From contig NMRA01000112.1 of assembly GCA_002633005.1 (NCBI GenBank), positions 750,659 to 814,658 of the forward strand: DNA of 64,000 nucleotides, read 5' to 3'. Positions 13,720 to 28,600 of the stretch are shown in pieces; the stretch's first letter is position 1; each line of letters opens with the position of its first letter. The notes beneath the pieces are model-generated. The model had not been told where the DNA came from. It ran no database searches and saw only the letters and a list, made by a program, of their open reading frames with translations. Source of the DNA: Phoronis australis (Eukaryota > Animalia > Phoronida). Made by a program: the position numbers and the translations under genes.

Positions 13720-14613
13720 TTATAGCTTGAACTCTCTTGTCCAAACTCTCGACCACGTGCTATATTGCGAGATTGGGTCGTTGTGATGTTTCTCCTTAAT
13801 CCTCGGAGAGATTGTCATATTTCCTTGGCTCGTTTTAACAGCGTCTATGATATCCATTGCACAGTTAAACCTATGCGTTAACATTAACTGTTTTGTTTTT
13901 GAAGGTAGTGCTGGCAGCCGACCTGATTGCACGAGTGCGTCCGAGTCAGATTTTGAACTGCTAATACGGTTAGGACGAAAAGAGTTTGCCATAGTCCTTT
14001 TCTTTTCCTCTGCCTCATTCAATTCAATGTGCTTATTAGGAGTTGCACAACGTTTGAATTCTCGCAGGTGTTCGGGATATTTTTCACCCAGAGTCGTGAT
14101 CAGAATGTCTTCGTAGCCTTTAAGCATTGCAAACTGCGCTTCGGCGGACAACGTTGCGCTAAAACGGGGAGATTTTGGGAGCTCGTCGATTTTACCAAGA
14201 TCATCTTGCTTCCCCCCGAACATCCTTTTAATCAAAGCTGTCTTCCCAACCGCCTTCGAGATACTCAGGAAGCTCTTTTTCGGAGGCACGCCACCCACCA
14301 TTGAACCACGACGTGACCCAGTCACCGACGGACGGCGGTCACTGGTACCTCCAGAAACTGTACTCGATACCGACGTTCGACGTTCGGCAGTTCCGTTGCT
14401 GCTCGCGACTGACGGCCGTCGCTCTCTTGGTGTCACGTTCATTGCAGTGGAATTGGCAATCGACACGTGACTTCCGGTAACCGAGTCCTTGCGCAAACTT
14501 GGTGTTCCTTGAACCATTTTCTTCGAAATGTCTGTATTTAGTTTCTGCTTTTGACTGGTTATGTTTTGATTATTTGCTTCAATTTTTGGAAACTTTACTA
14601 CAGATTCTGACAT
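13720..14613 (-). CDS. Uncharacterised 297-aa basic, Ser-rich protein with clustered RRxS motifs (single coding exon)
   Basis: Uninterrupted 894-bp ATG-to-TAA ORF, GC-richer than its flanks. A plausible acceptor (TTTCAG, ~14653) lies ~40 nt upstream of the ATG. No domain recognised. Confidence 0.8.
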   Translation of the reverse strand: MSESVVKFPKIEANNQNITSQKQKLNTDISKKMVQGTPSLRKDSVTGSHVSIANSTAMNVTPRERRPSVASSNGTAERRTSVSSTVSGGTSDRRPSVTGSRRGSMVGGVPPKKSFLSISKAVGKTALIKRMFGGKQDDLGKIDELPKSPRFSATLSAEAQFAMLKGYEDILITTLGEKYPEHLREFKRCATPNKHIELNEAEEKKRTMANSFRPNRISSSKSDSDALVQSGRLPALPSKTKQLMLTHRFNCAMDIIDAVKTSQGNMTISPRIKEKHHNDPISQYSTWSRVWTREFKL

Positions 14614-14771
14614 AATTCTTCCACAGCTCTACCGGACTTCCATCTTGTTAATCTGAAATGCAAAATGGCACAATTGTAATTCACGTAGAGAGAACATTTT
14701 GATTTGAACAAAATTTTTCGCGACAAAAACTTCGAGGCAAATTCATGAACAATAAATGTAAGAAAGCAAAC

Positions 14772-14918
14772 GTTTTTTAAATATTTTTTCGCTGCTTTGA
14801 AATGTTTATTAGAACGACACAATTCGCTAAGCGCCTCGGAACTATACTGTTTTTAAATATTTTTCGCTGCTTTGAGATGTTTACTCGAACGACACAATTC
14901 GCTAAGCGCCTCGGAACT
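14772..14918 (+). repeat. Tandem duplication, 2 copies of a ~70-bp unit (period ~77 bp)
   Basis: GTTTTTAAATATTTTTCGCTGCTTTGA..TGTTTA...GAACGACACAATTCGCTAAGCGCCTCGGAACT occurs at ~14772-14843 and ~14849-14918. Confidence 0.9.
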
Positions 14919-17900
14919 CTACATACATGTATTTCACGAAAACAAATATCCCATTGCGTGTATAGACCTATTTCAGATAAGACATCATGTCATGTCTATT
15001 TGACTACTGACAGTTTTCTTTTTAACCTGGATTACGTTCCGTTGACCGCAAGACAGCTTGCACTCGCGGTGAAAAAATTCCCTTATGGAACGGAAAACCG
15101 AATATAATCACATTTCCTTTCTTATCTCCGCAGCATGTATCCTAATTTTTGACTGAGTCAATCCTATTATTGTACTACGATACGCCAATGGCTGTACTAC
15201 GTTTTTCATTTTTCATGAGTAAACACAACTTAAGGTGAGGCATGGATTTATTTCGAAATTTAAATCTTCAAAATACTCATAGTCTTACAAACTGAAACTT
15301 GATAAATTATCTATGACATTTACAAAATAGATAAAGTGATTACGAAATGCTGTGTACGTATTCATTATAAATCAATAGCACGGGTGCGAAATGAAGCGCA
15401 TTTTCAAAATAGCCTTCTAGTGGGTCGCACAGTACTTTTCTGCGTAGGTGCGGTCAACAGATTCGAGTTTCAGCTCGTAGCAAGGCAAACAATACGACTG
15501 GGAACAGACATTAACGTGACAGTTTTAGGCCAAATCAACACAATAATACGCGTAACGAGCACTCAAGAGAACGATGTCATATTTGCATCATTATATTTTT
15601 ACCAAGTCCAGAATTTTCGTAACCTTGCTCAGAACATCATCAGTGGGAAGCAACACTCACGTCAATCGTGAATCCAAACGTGAACCCATGCTGAACGATC
15701 CCACACTAGAACGATACCGGTAATTACAAAATGAAGTGGTCACAGGAAACAGGAAATCGGCGGAAGTCAGGCCAGAGTTGTAACTCGGTGGACTTACTAT
15801 TGCTACTCAAAGAGTGGGACGCTTTCCTGTCTAGGATGTGTAGATTCTCTTAATGTACAAGGCACGGGGTCTTTCGTCGATACATAATATACGTGCGTTA
15901 TCAAAAACAATGTCACGGAGTGTGGTAGAAGCATGTCGAAAATAGCAATGTTGTGAGAAAGCGTCACTTGAACACGTCACGGGCGTTGCGCATTTAGGGC
16001 ATGGTTTATAGATAATTTGCAAAAGATATAACGTCTCTTTATCAACAATACTTTCCTAATAACTTCAAAAGAAATAGTATTCATGGAGTGCTTTAAGAAA
16101 ACAGAATTCAATGGTTTATCGTTATGTAACCATGGAGAATATTGTCTTTGTGTAATTGACAAAGAATTCTCGTCAAACTTCATTCGATAGAGGTCAATGA
16201 TCATGTTTGTTATACAGTGTCACATATTTGGCCATTTGGGCCCCACGCCTTGAGGCTTCTGTATTGTTATCAACATGCTCTGTTTTTTCCACAAACTTGA
16301 AATATTGTTTACTTCCCCTCGTCAATAGATGAGAATGCCGGTATCAGTGGGGTCAAAGGGGTAAGTGGCCCCGCTGCTCCTCCAATAGATTACCATGCCT
16401 GAAAGGCGGTCCTTTAATATAAAAAGTCTATGTTATTAAAAATGGAAAAGAATGACACTTAATTCCTTATCGGGGACCTCAGAGACAAGACCTTCTGTAC
16501 CATAAAAGGCTGTGCGATTTCACAAAAACAAGAAGAGATGCAACTTAAAATCAAATGCCATCAACGGGCCCCTCTAAAAGCTGGAGTCCCTAAATATGAG
16601 ATGATGTAATTTTAAAAACAAGACATCCCTGTCAGTTTCCAAACGTATATGAAGTGTTGAACAATTTCAGAAAACGGAAAGAGTGCGACTGTGCCGGATT
16701 CAGCTCGAGAGGTGTCCCTAGAAAAATGAAGTGTCTTTTTGAATTTAAGAAATTTAATCAGTTTTAGCTTGACAGTCTCTGCATTACATGATTTCTCCTA
16801 CTTTTAAGATGTGTGTATGACTCACAGCGCGATCTATTCAGCGAAAGGACTGGGCCTCCTAATAAAACTGTGCTGGACTGGGTCTGTTGCTAGACGTCAC
16901 TATCAAGTGTTTTGGCACGTGCGTAGTCTTCAGATACGTTTTGATTCCAAATCGTGTTAAAAGAAAAGGTTGAACATAATATTTGATCTGTGATCAGGAA
17001 TCTGTCGTGTTGAATTAATTAACTACCTGCACAATTAACATGTGTCCATGATTCAGTCGCAAATAATTACGTTTAGTGACGTAAATTCAGTTTTATTTTG
17101 TTGATTTAGTTTTTTATTCATGTTGGTATGATTAATTCAACTGCGCAGCGCCGGCGTTCTAACCATCATAGCGTTCAATAAACCAAGGTCCTCGCTGACG
17201 GAGAAACTTAAGTCTTCGAAAGACATCGCAAAGTTATGGTAGTGAACGGCGAATGTTTCTCGAATATGCTTGAAAGTTTAACAGCCTATCCTAGCAAAAT
17301 AGTCTGGCTATTGACGTGATTGGGCGATGGGATTGGAACGTTTCATCATTTCCTGTTTCAATTTCGTAAGGGAAGGTCTCTTGCCAGACGTGCATAGGCA
17401 ACATTTTCCTTTTACGGAACGCTGTCCAGATTTCCCCGTAACTCCCTTACGAAGTAATTATACTATCAGCCTATATCCGTTCGTGAGAGATGACATACAT
17501 GTACACTCCAGAATCTAGTTACTTGAACAATCTAAACTTTACAAAGAAACACAGCGAGTAAAGCTGCAAACTAGTTTTGAAACGTGTACCAAAATCTGCA
17601 GGTGTAGCTGTCATTCCGTGATAATTCCTTTATCCCCTATCTCTTCATCTAATATTATAAAAACACGCTTCTCTTACCTATACGTATACCATAATCCGTG
17701 TATTCATTCAATACAGAACTTGGTCACGTGGCATATTGGCAACAGCCCAATAATTTATACCACACTAACGACGTAACTGGTCAAATTCTTAATTTGATTA
17801 CCTATAATTCACTCGCAAACGAGTCATTCTCATCGACTTCAAATATTAAAACGCAATTGAGAACCAAATATATATCTTTGCACATCTGCATGTTTCAATA

Positions 17901-20900
17901 TTTGCAATCCTCAATTGTGGAGATTATCAGCGGGTCTAAATCTTCTCCGTCAATAGTTCGAATACTCATTTGCAAACAAGCATCCGCTTTAATACGTTTG
18001 TATTTCAGTAACAATAACGAAGAAATAGATATATAATTTTAGTCAAATAAATCAGTTCTCAGTTTCAGTCGGAATCGAAACATCTGATGATATCATACTT
18101 AGTCAATCATACCAAATTACATGAACACCAAAAAGATGTTTTCTCGTAGTTTCGAGAAACTCCATTTCATGGGGGTTAGAGTCTCGTTCACTTGTATCAG
18201 TTTCCCGAATCGCCGCAGTGAAGACCCCAGCCTTAATTACAGCGGCTCCCGCGAAATTGACATTAAAGCTAGCTCGAAAATCATGTAATGCCTCGAAGAA
18301 TTTAACTTTGACTGTCGAATTTATGGGCCCAGGGTCTACGATCAATATTCAAGAAACGCGTGGCTACAAGCTGCGCAAGATTTCAAAATACAATAATTGT
18401 AATGTTCAAAGACAACAAAAAGTTAAACACCTACTTTATCTGTGCAGTTGGATAGTCAGGTGAATATTCTAAGAACTCGTGGTTATCGGGAAGAGCTTCA
18501 ACAATTTTGTGCGTCTGATTGACAAGGGTTGAGTTTCGTGGTCGCAATAATCTCGTGCGTATAATACATGGCCACATCTCGCGAAGTCTTGCGTGATCAT
18601 TGCGATTTCTCAGAACGCACACCGGTCGGCTGAGTTTACTGATTAGTAAGATACGTCAAATACGCAAAGGATTGCGGGATATCGGTCATGATCCCACATT
18701 TTGTAGCAAATAAAACTAGTATTTTAAGCAGTCAGAAGTTTAGTTGATTATAGATTCGTTTAAACAGGCACTAACCTTCCAAAATCAACTGCCTGGCATT
18801 TCTGGATTCGGCTGGATTAGAGGACTGTCTCGTATCCCACAAATACATGTTTTGTAATTCTCACGCATCGATTTTCCCTATCCGTGAACACATCAATATG
18901 CGTGCGCGTAGGGCCAACTACGAATTTTGTCCCAGAACGCGTTTTAATTTGAACACTAATTTGCCTTTGAACATTCCCTCATATTCTAAAACCTGAGGGT
19001 AAAATGAGAAATATAAAGGAATGCCTTGCAACCTTTAAAATGATAGCACTGGCTTTTTGAACTTCTGTATCTCGCGAAAGAAAGGGCGTCCCATCTCAAT
19101 TTCAACCCAAACCTTGAATTTCGAGATTTTAATCTAGAACTTCTTTGACGTTTTTTATAGTAACAATTCATACACTCAAGTCGACCTCACGTACATTTAT
19201 TCTTGCGGCAATTCGTTTAGGAAGATACATAAGCAAGTACGATAAAAAAATCTGTGACTAGTGTACATGTATATGAATCCAGTTTCGGGCAGATAAAAGA
19301 TAAAATACCAAACAACACTCGACTTTTTACAGCTGGCTGCCTTCCAAAGGAAAACCGATCAGAAAAACAAACCCTTTTCGACGCAGTGGTGTTCGTGTTT
19401 GCGAACTCCTGTCAACCTTATATGTAGATAGACCCGCTGACTATTAAACTAGTTTAAAAACACAGTTTATACATATCACGAATACAACAATTCAACATTG
19501 TCTTTGTCTCAAAGGTTCATTCCAATGAATAGTCCTACGTGTCAGGTGCAACTGTGGGCCTTGGGGCATGGACGTAGTCTAAGAAACATGACACGCGTTA
19601 TTCGCGTCAATTCCTTATCTTGTCTGGGCTACGGCTTTTCGAATTCAACAAAACATTCTCACTTGTCATAAACTCGTATTAATCTTAGCAAAGATAAAAG
19701 GCGGTTTTAGACCCATCTTCGCCTCACTTTTTCCATGTTTACAGGTTCTATTTAATCGTAGCGTGACAATTCACTCATTAAACACGCTCTCGTCTGATTG
19801 GTGTCGTCTAAGATCACTGTCATATCGCTAAGACACGATTTCATCTTGCACTAGTCCGTCACCACGGCACACAGTACACGTACCCAAACGAGGACAACTT
19901 CCTAACGTGCGTTAATATTCCGCTTTTAACTCACAGTGTAATATAGGTGTGCGTGAAGCTATGCTGACTGACGGTTACAAAAGAAGACGACCAAACAAAT
20001 CTTCTGTCCTGTATGTGTTGAGACTTAAACTCTTACATAGGTAACAAAGAATTTTACTAATAACTCAATCAACAAATTAAATAGCGCGCATACTGACTAC
20101 GACGCATTTGGATACATTTTAATGTTTTAGTGTTGTTGATTTGCTTAGATAATCTGTAATTTGTGGTATCAGTATCTACACAAATAATTTCGTTTTCATA
20201 ATCTGTTTTGCAATCTAATTTTTGACGGCTATATTAGATAATGTAAACCTGTCAACGCGTTCTAACTTGGATAAACCGTGAAAACTAAAGATAAACGCTA
20301 GTCTCAAGTGGATATACTACGAAATGAGATAATTTGAAACTCCTCTCAGTATCTAAAATTATACTAGTACATGATGTTAAGTTCAAAGAGAGCATCGCGG
20401 AACCTGCATACTGACAACAATAACTATTAGATTATTTACTATACTCTGTTGCCAAGGAGATTTTAATACAACTTAGAAACATAATGGTAACTAATCATTT
20501 TTATTTAACTTATTATATCATTTGAAAAATAAAGTCGCCTTTCCTCGCACCAATTTCACACTATGCACTAACACATGCATGTTTGTTGGCATAAAACTCG
20601 ATTTAAAATGCAAAATTTGTCTCACCTATCATTCAGCACGGCAACGACGCGTCTTGAGTCTTTGTTGATACGAAGCACACAGATGAGTGAGGCTTAGTCG
20701 ACTAACGCTGAAATCACAATGTCCCGTCTTATCATAACCTCAGGCCAACAGTTGTCACAGGTTAAACAATACAACGCATCTTCACCCAGTACTCCAGTGA
20801 TATAACTCATATAGTATCCAAGACTACCCCCTGGGTAGATTGCTCTCGAGTTGATACGATGCTTTATGAATATGCGGAATGGAAAAGCCTTTTTATTATC

Positions 20901-23900
20901 ATCGATTCGCATCTGATGAATAACTGCATTTAAAAGTTCTGAAAAGCGCTCAATAAATCGCGATGCCCATGTTTATTTAGTCAGCCTGTCGGATAACAAC
21001 AGTGAGAATCGGACGCGATGTTCTATGAAGAGATTTTATGGACGACGTTTCTTTTCACTTGTCAAATTCCATGTCATGTTTCTATGGCATGTTTGCATAC
21101 TTGTGATGCGCGCTGATATTTCCCTTTTGCGAGTAAGTCAGTTGTAACTCTTTTGTTGGCTAGTTGTTTCCCGGTCATAGCGCACAGCATAGACGATAAA
21201 TGCAGTTATTATTTTCAATTTGGACCAATGTGAATTCTCTTACTTTGTTGGTGTTTTTGTACTTTCTAACCCGGAAATACTCATTTCTTTAAAACGGAAA
21301 GTATGTATCAAGTAATAGTAAACAAAGTCTCAACGTTTCGATGCATTCTAATGTCTTCTTTCCCTTTTCACTAAGATGAACCCGGCTATTCACGCGCAGT
21401 TTTAGTGCTAATATACGTCAAAGTATATGCTTGTGCACCCTCAGCCCGAATGCAGTTCTTATTAAACTCATATATTGCACCTTAATTGTTATTTCGATTT
21501 TGTTCGTTTATTCTCTAGATACAATTTTTAAAGTACTCGAAAGTTTAATAAACCTCTCACCACACTACTGTTGATGCACCTTGTCCACCAACAGAGGTTG
21601 TCATGGAGACGAGCTGTGGCGGAACTTAACGAAAGAAAACCGACGTGTGACTACTCCTACCCGTCCTAGCGACAAGAAGCTGAGTTATCGCAATAAAATC
21701 CGTCATTAATTTTATGTAATCTAAAAACGATCTCGTTCGACAGTTTCGATATCGTCTGAGTGGCCAACCTCCAGCCGTGTAGACTGTGGGGGTCTATATT
21801 GCCCAATTCAAAACGTTTGCACTTATCCAAAGTCCATAATTAATCAATAGAAAAGAGAATTTTGCCTTGGCGTTGAAACTAAGGTTTCGCTCCGTTTGTT
21901 TTGCTGTAACTTCATAGAAGCAATGTAGTTGTTGGTGAAGCCTTGCGTTCTGACCGATACAGTAATGAAGGCAAGTGTGATGGGAAGACAGGATAGATTT
22001 TTGATAAGAGCAAATTCATTTACAATTGGAACTAATGCCGCCTAAACATTCGTGGAACTCATACTAGATGGAAAATCTCTCGGCTTGATTTAACTGGAAT
22101 GATTCAAAATAGGAAATCTTTCCCACACAGTCTTCTACACGCGTCCTAGTCTACTGGTCTATGTGCTCCTGCGAGTTTCAACACCCTCAAGGTTACAAGC
22201 CCTGCACCACGGGATTTCACTTATTCTTCCAAGGCAAAAATATATATTTATATATATACCTATGGTGTCTCCCATAATGGCTCACTAAATCGAATTTTAA
22301 TAATGCTGAAGGATAAAGTAATCACGAATTGAAATTGTATCCAAGTCTAAAGTTACTATTATTACCTGAGGCGTCATGCCAATCTTGCCATTTTAAAAGA
22401 AAACTTAATTGTCCAAACTTCACTCTACCAATGCGCGCCTGAACGATTTTCTCATTTTCGTCCCTATGATAATAGACAAGTCTGCCGTAGCATGACAAGA
22501 ATTTTAACACTCTCAGCTCAATTCAGGAGGCATAATCTGTTCCTCTTCGTAGACGCTCTCGGGTGTTTTAACAGTATTATGCAACTTCCAATTTCATAGA
22601 AATTTAATAGTTATCACAATCAAACTTGTTGGCGAATGCTCAGAAAGCCTGGCCGTGGGGCAGCAATGAAAGAATTGAGCGAGAGGTATATTTATTGTCT
22701 GATTAAAATAATACGGGTATAGGATGACTCTGACGTTACACAAGCTGCTTGATGGGTATCTACACGTATAGTAAGCGTGTCGGATGTCTTAAAGGAACAC
22801 TATCGGCTACATTCTAATAAAGCATATTTTTGTAAACATTGTGGTACATGTATGTGATGGACGTTGTGAAGTTCTTAGCTTTATCTAGATCTATGAAACA
22901 ACAAAATCCGTAATCTTCCGGATAGTCGCTGAAATCAAGGCGGGGATTTCGGCTCCGACAGCAAAATATTAGACTGCGACCGCGGGAATTCCTGGAACTA
23001 CTCCGCGCTGAGGCTGATTTCACAAAAACACTTTCCCCGACCGATAATGTGACTTCCAAACGAGGCTAGCAGCAATCATAGAAATACATGAAAACGGTAC
23101 TAGTTATTTTTCTCACAGATCAAGATTTCTCGAAATTTGTGTCGTGTGCTTGGATTCCGACAGACATGTTAACATGCTGTTTCTTTTGTCGGTGTCGTTT
23201 TCCTCTTAGTTAAAGGTATTTAGCTTCAACAATGGAGCTTCATTTAGGTCACGAGGTCACCGAATGTGAAAGCCGCTCCGAATTATCAGTTTTTGACAAT
23301 TCAGTCTATGACTAAATAATCGTATTACTATTTTCGACATGTATGCTGCTGAAGGCATCATGGGTTTCGAAAGAAATGGAAGTTTAAAGAATAATGTACG
23401 CTGGTAACGAAACGAACAACACTATGACAGTAACCGTCAATTTTACGGTAATCAATGTTCCGGTGTGTTAGAATTTTTGTACATTTATAGCGACGATACA
23501 GCGATCAAGCGAGATCACTTGTTATGGTACCCTAATGTCGAAATAACCTAACGTTACTAGGCGAAGAAATATAATACTTTTATTACAAAGCAATTAAAAA
23601 AAAACTTTTCGTCATTATAAAATTTCAAAATTTGAAACGGTTAGACGTAGCATCAAAAATGGCAATTGTGCCCTTATACACAGTCTAATAGAAAAGCAGG
23701 GATCAAGACATTAAAAAATGAATACAGTTTCAAAAACAAACATGAGTATGCTATTCGTGAGCAATGAAAGTTATAGCACTATGTGCTTAAGAGGATATAA
23801 AACACTCCCGGTTTAATGGATACTTGATCGGAGCCTTAGTTCAAGTTGCAGCGCGAAATGTGCGAATCTTTACATAAGCTCATCAAATAACAAATAAATA

Positions 23901-25639
23901 TCGATCATTATAGCGGCATTTAGCTTATATGATTCTGTAAAAATAATTTAAGTACTCTATTTATTTAGACATCGTTGATCGATAGGGTAAAGTAAGCTTT
24001 TACATAAGTTTACCTGCATTGTTATCCGCTGAATTGTTTTCGCTAAATATCTGTATGGTGTTGCCGTTTTTATGTTCGATATCGTATTTGCTAATGCAAT
24101 AAAAATGTTAAAATATCAACAGAATGTTGACACAGAGTGCAGCTCCCACTGTGTGCATTGAACGCCTATTTTAGGTCCGCTGTTATATTCTGGGCATATC
24201 GTTTTCTTCTGGGACTGTGACTAAAGTAATTTAAATGAACGTTCATGCCAATGAGAACCTATTTTACGTTGCACACAACTGAGAATAGCATATTTTTATC
24301 TATAACTTTCTAGTGTGGCTACAATTCAGTTAAAACGATGGACGATTATTGCTTTGCCAATCATGTGTTTTCTTTGTTCATTTCTTTACGATATGTTATG
24401 AGTTTTACTCCACATGCTCTTCACACGGGATTCAATTTAGCTGATCAAACATTTGTTCAACAAGGTTATAGTTTACGTTCAATTCATAGCGGTACCAAGG
24501 AAAACAAATTTATGCACTAATATATTTTGATTGCAATATTCGTAAGGGTAACGTAAACCAACATGTTGTCGTTAGATCATTGAGCGTGAGTTCAAACGGC
24601 GACGGAATGTCTTGGTCATAAAGCAAGCTTTATATGTCTAAAACGTGAACGTCGAGTTCTCATGTTTACGAGGACTCTTTGAAAAAAAGTTGAAAAGCAA
24701 ACATCGAAAGACAGTTTCGTGGTATTTTACAGGCATTCTATTTGTAGAAAGTGGCTAAGCAGTCGTAAGCATATGAACATCGTGGCAGAAAGGGCTACGA
24801 AATTTTATTCAACTAGAAAACTTCGATTTTAAGAGTATTTAAGGTTATTTAGGCCCTTATCGACAAGTCCGTACTTTTAGCGAAATATCTACAAAACTAA
24901 ATAACTTATCTCAGTAAAAGTACATGTTTTCAGAAAGCATAACTTCTGGGGAATATGAATTTTGACTTTACACCAATCTGCCACTAATTTGGTCACGTAA
25001 TATTTCTCTTTTTATGGAAATTTAGCAAACAAGAAAGTTACATTCGTCGCAAAACAACAGGATGAATAACATTACATGATATAATTGTTCAAGATAAAGT
25101 TTCAAAAACGCTGTTACAGTTTAATTAAACATAGTTTCGTTTTCGTTTTATGCAAGTTATTTTTTTTCTAAATAAAAATTTCAAGTTATTTCTTCCCAAA
25201 AGGTGTCAGTATAATTCACAGAGGCGGCTACCTCATGAGTCGTTTCGTGTGCTTATACACGTACTGCTGATCAAAGCCGGTTTGAAAAAGCCAAGGGCTA
25301 AATTTCTGAGTAGGTGAGGAGAAGAGGCGAAGGGCCAAAGCACATTGGAAGACTGTAGAATAAACATTTTTGAACGTCATTGTATTGTATTTTGCATTTT
25401 GTGACAATTAACACTAATGCCATGACAGTACATTGGATACTATAAACATCTTCAGGATAGTAACTGCTGTGAATTAAATAAGTGCTGAAATTCCTAGTTT
25501 TCAATTATTTTGTTGGAAACGTGTCAACGTTAGAGGCCTTATCATAGTTTGGAAATTTCGTCGGTAAGCGTTGGGAGCTAGTTAATCGTTTTTAGGGGAG
25601 GAAAACCGTTGTGCTTGGGAGCAATAAATGTTTCTAGTA

Positions 25640-28600
25640 TAGACCAGGCCCTTAACCCAAAAACATTTGCACGTCGGATTAAAGCACCAAATTTGGCACA
25701 CTGGTACTTTTTAACATGCTGAATCTCATAGGGGTCGGTTGCCCAAATTTTGAGGTCAAGGTCAAGGTCAAATGTCAAAAAACAAAATGGCCGCCCAGAA
25801 ACACAATCTATGGTTGCTTGAGAGATGATCACACATTTTAAGGCTAGTTAATAGTACTTTATTAACTAGAAATCTATCATAATGACATCGCAATATCTTT
25901 TCCTCATAATATTAAGACCCCTCATTTGCATAATTCCAATATGGCCGCCAAAATTTAACTAACCAACTGCAATTTTAACAAAATCATCTATTTTAATCTG
26001 GTGCAAGACTAATGATACAACAACAAATAAGTTTTCTTACCAAAAATTTATTAGATTTATCATTAATTTGTACAATTATTATGAACATTCAGTTGATGTT
26101 ATGATAAAGAAACCAATATATGCATAGAACTTGACAGACTACCAAAAACTCAGAGGCCAGCTTTCAAAAATGTCGTTAGTATGCTTCTTCTAGCTCCTGT
26201 CTACATATAATCCGATTGTCATCTGCTTATAATATCAACACAATAAAATAGATTAATCTCAAATTGTCATTGCATACCACAGAATTCAATTAACATTATC
26301 ATCTGTTCCTTTGGTCCATAACAAACCATGTTACTGACATGTTCCCCGGTATTTGCTATGTGTTGTGCATGCTAAGCAATTGGTTTAATTTATATCTCTT
26401 GCCGCATAGTGGTATGCTCTTGCAACCATGAGCTGCTGACCAGCTTTGGAGATTTCAGGCATGTCTATCCAGTAAGGTGTCCATTGTTGGCCCTTGTCAC
26501 TCTGCCATCCAAACCTCTATGGACTTCGTTTCCCGTGGATGGGCATCAGACTTGCCAGCTTGATACAAGCATTTGTTAACTTGCTTTATCAGAGGAGATT
26601 AGGTAGGCGATAAATTTGGCATGATCTGAACTTTTTGTTGGAAAAGCTCCTTTCATAAAGTATTGACTTGGCTGGTTTTGACTTTTCGATCATATATGAA
26701 ACATGTAAATGTCTCAATTGTTTTGAATTCCTGACTGTCGACGGTGAGTTGCTGAAAGTAATTGATTGCCGGCACGAGAATGCCTGAGTAGCAACACGGT
26801 AAGCTTCTCATGTCTCCCATGCTGTTTTCTTACCTTTTCCATAGAACTGGGACGTTGTGTCCAACCCTGTTAAGGCATGGAACATGGGTAGAACTAAACA
26901 CAAATCGTACCTAAGCTAGTCATAGACTATCAAATAAACTCTTGGCGAAGAGTTCCCGTCCGTTCTTTCCAGCTTTAACCACTACCCGTAATTGAATTGC
27001 TGGCTGTACAGCCTTAAGCTGATCAAAAACACCAAGAAGAACGACCACAACATCAGTCTCAATTGTAGAAACCAGTATTCTCTGATTACCTTTGATCAAA
27101 GCGTCCGCAATGTACAAGCACATACAGGTGTCCGACTCTCGGTGGTATGTCAGAACCAGAGGAAAGAGCAGAGTGACCGTGGATAACATATATTTTGTCC
27201 TGGAGGATAGGCAATTGCTAAAGATATCTTCAGCTAACAGCATGAACAGTTGCGTTTGGTGTGCAACTTTGGCAAGATCACCTGTACCTCTATCAGCGGT
27301 GGCCTTCAAGCTGTCTTCAGTGTAAGCATCAAACACAATGTCAACTCTACAGCAGTTGTGAAGGTTAGAATGTGCCCACTTAGCAGTTTTCACAGAACAG
27401 TCCGAATGTCGCTGATTCGTTTGGAGAAAATTTGCGCACAATAGCTGGCCCATCAAAGACTTTGACATCGACGGATGCAGGAACGTCTGGATGAGGAAAT
27501 TCCAACATTTTGAGCAAGCGTGACTTCTGTGAGGGTAAACCGATACTGTCGTTCTGGTTCAGGGATGGTGGCCAAGAATGAGTCTCACGTATAAGAAAAT
27601 CATCCTTCTAGAATTTAAATAGCTAAAAAACCTGATTTAATAAGCTGCAGTCTTTCTTGGTGTCATCCATGTACTGCTGAGTCACTGTTTTTGCCTTCCC
27701 GTTTGCCGTTTCGGAAACAACAAACTTGTTTTTCTTGATAGGGGTCTTTATTGGTTGGGACTTTTCAATTGCGACTGTTTGCTTATAGTTGTCACATTGC
27801 TGTTTTCCAGTCACTTCGATAGTCTGAAGACTTGTAGCGTATCTAACGTCATAAGTTCATCACCATGGTCAAAGAAAGGGTTCCCCTTTAGTTTGCTGAA
27901 CTGACACCTTACACCACACAAACTGTTCACATGGTTTGTAAAGTTGTTCTGGAAGGATAGAATGTCTTTGTGGCGGTTTTTCTCCTCAAACTCAGTCAGC
28001 AACATGGCTATTGCTCGGACCCAAACACCATTCACCCTGTCAAAGCGTTTGGATTTTCAATTAATCCAATAGCCCCACCACTGTCTTGGACGAAGGAGTT
28101 ATTTTCTTCATCCGCCTAGTGAATTGAAACAGCACAGAATCTGTGCCGTGTATTTGAAAACATCCGTCAGATGCTGTCGTACGTTAACTGGTATAGCTCT
28201 CACGTCTTGGATGTGGAGAGAGACCCATCTTGCATAATTTTGAAGGTCGAGAGCAAAGAAATAGGACACAAGAGATTCAAAGACATCATTGCACAGCGAC
28301 AAGTTGCATTCACCATGAGCAAGGACGAACATCAAAATCAGTAACTGGACATGTAAGATAACATTCCAAAACTCAAATTTTGGAATTCTCATTGAGCTAT
28401 CACTTTTCCTGCTGGAGACTTCTCGGTCCAAAACAGCACCTTCATTTTTTCACAATAAGAAATGGTTCTTCCTGTAGCTTTGCCAGAGACAGAGCTGTCA
28501 CCTGGTGTGCATGTCTTGTTCGAGTCAAGTGTGAGGCTTGAAGAAAGGAATCAGCTCTACCAGCTGTAGCCACTGAGGCCTCCTGAAGCAGGGTACGAAT

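Noticed and set aside
13847-14304. Plus-strand ORFs overlapping the 297-aa gene
   Set aside because: Antisense shadows of the minus-strand CDS with no independent motif.
14772-14918. Direct repeats considered as a CRISPR-like array (also 54363-54493)
   Set aside because: Only two long adjacent copies with no unique spacers, in a eukaryotic context with no cas genes.
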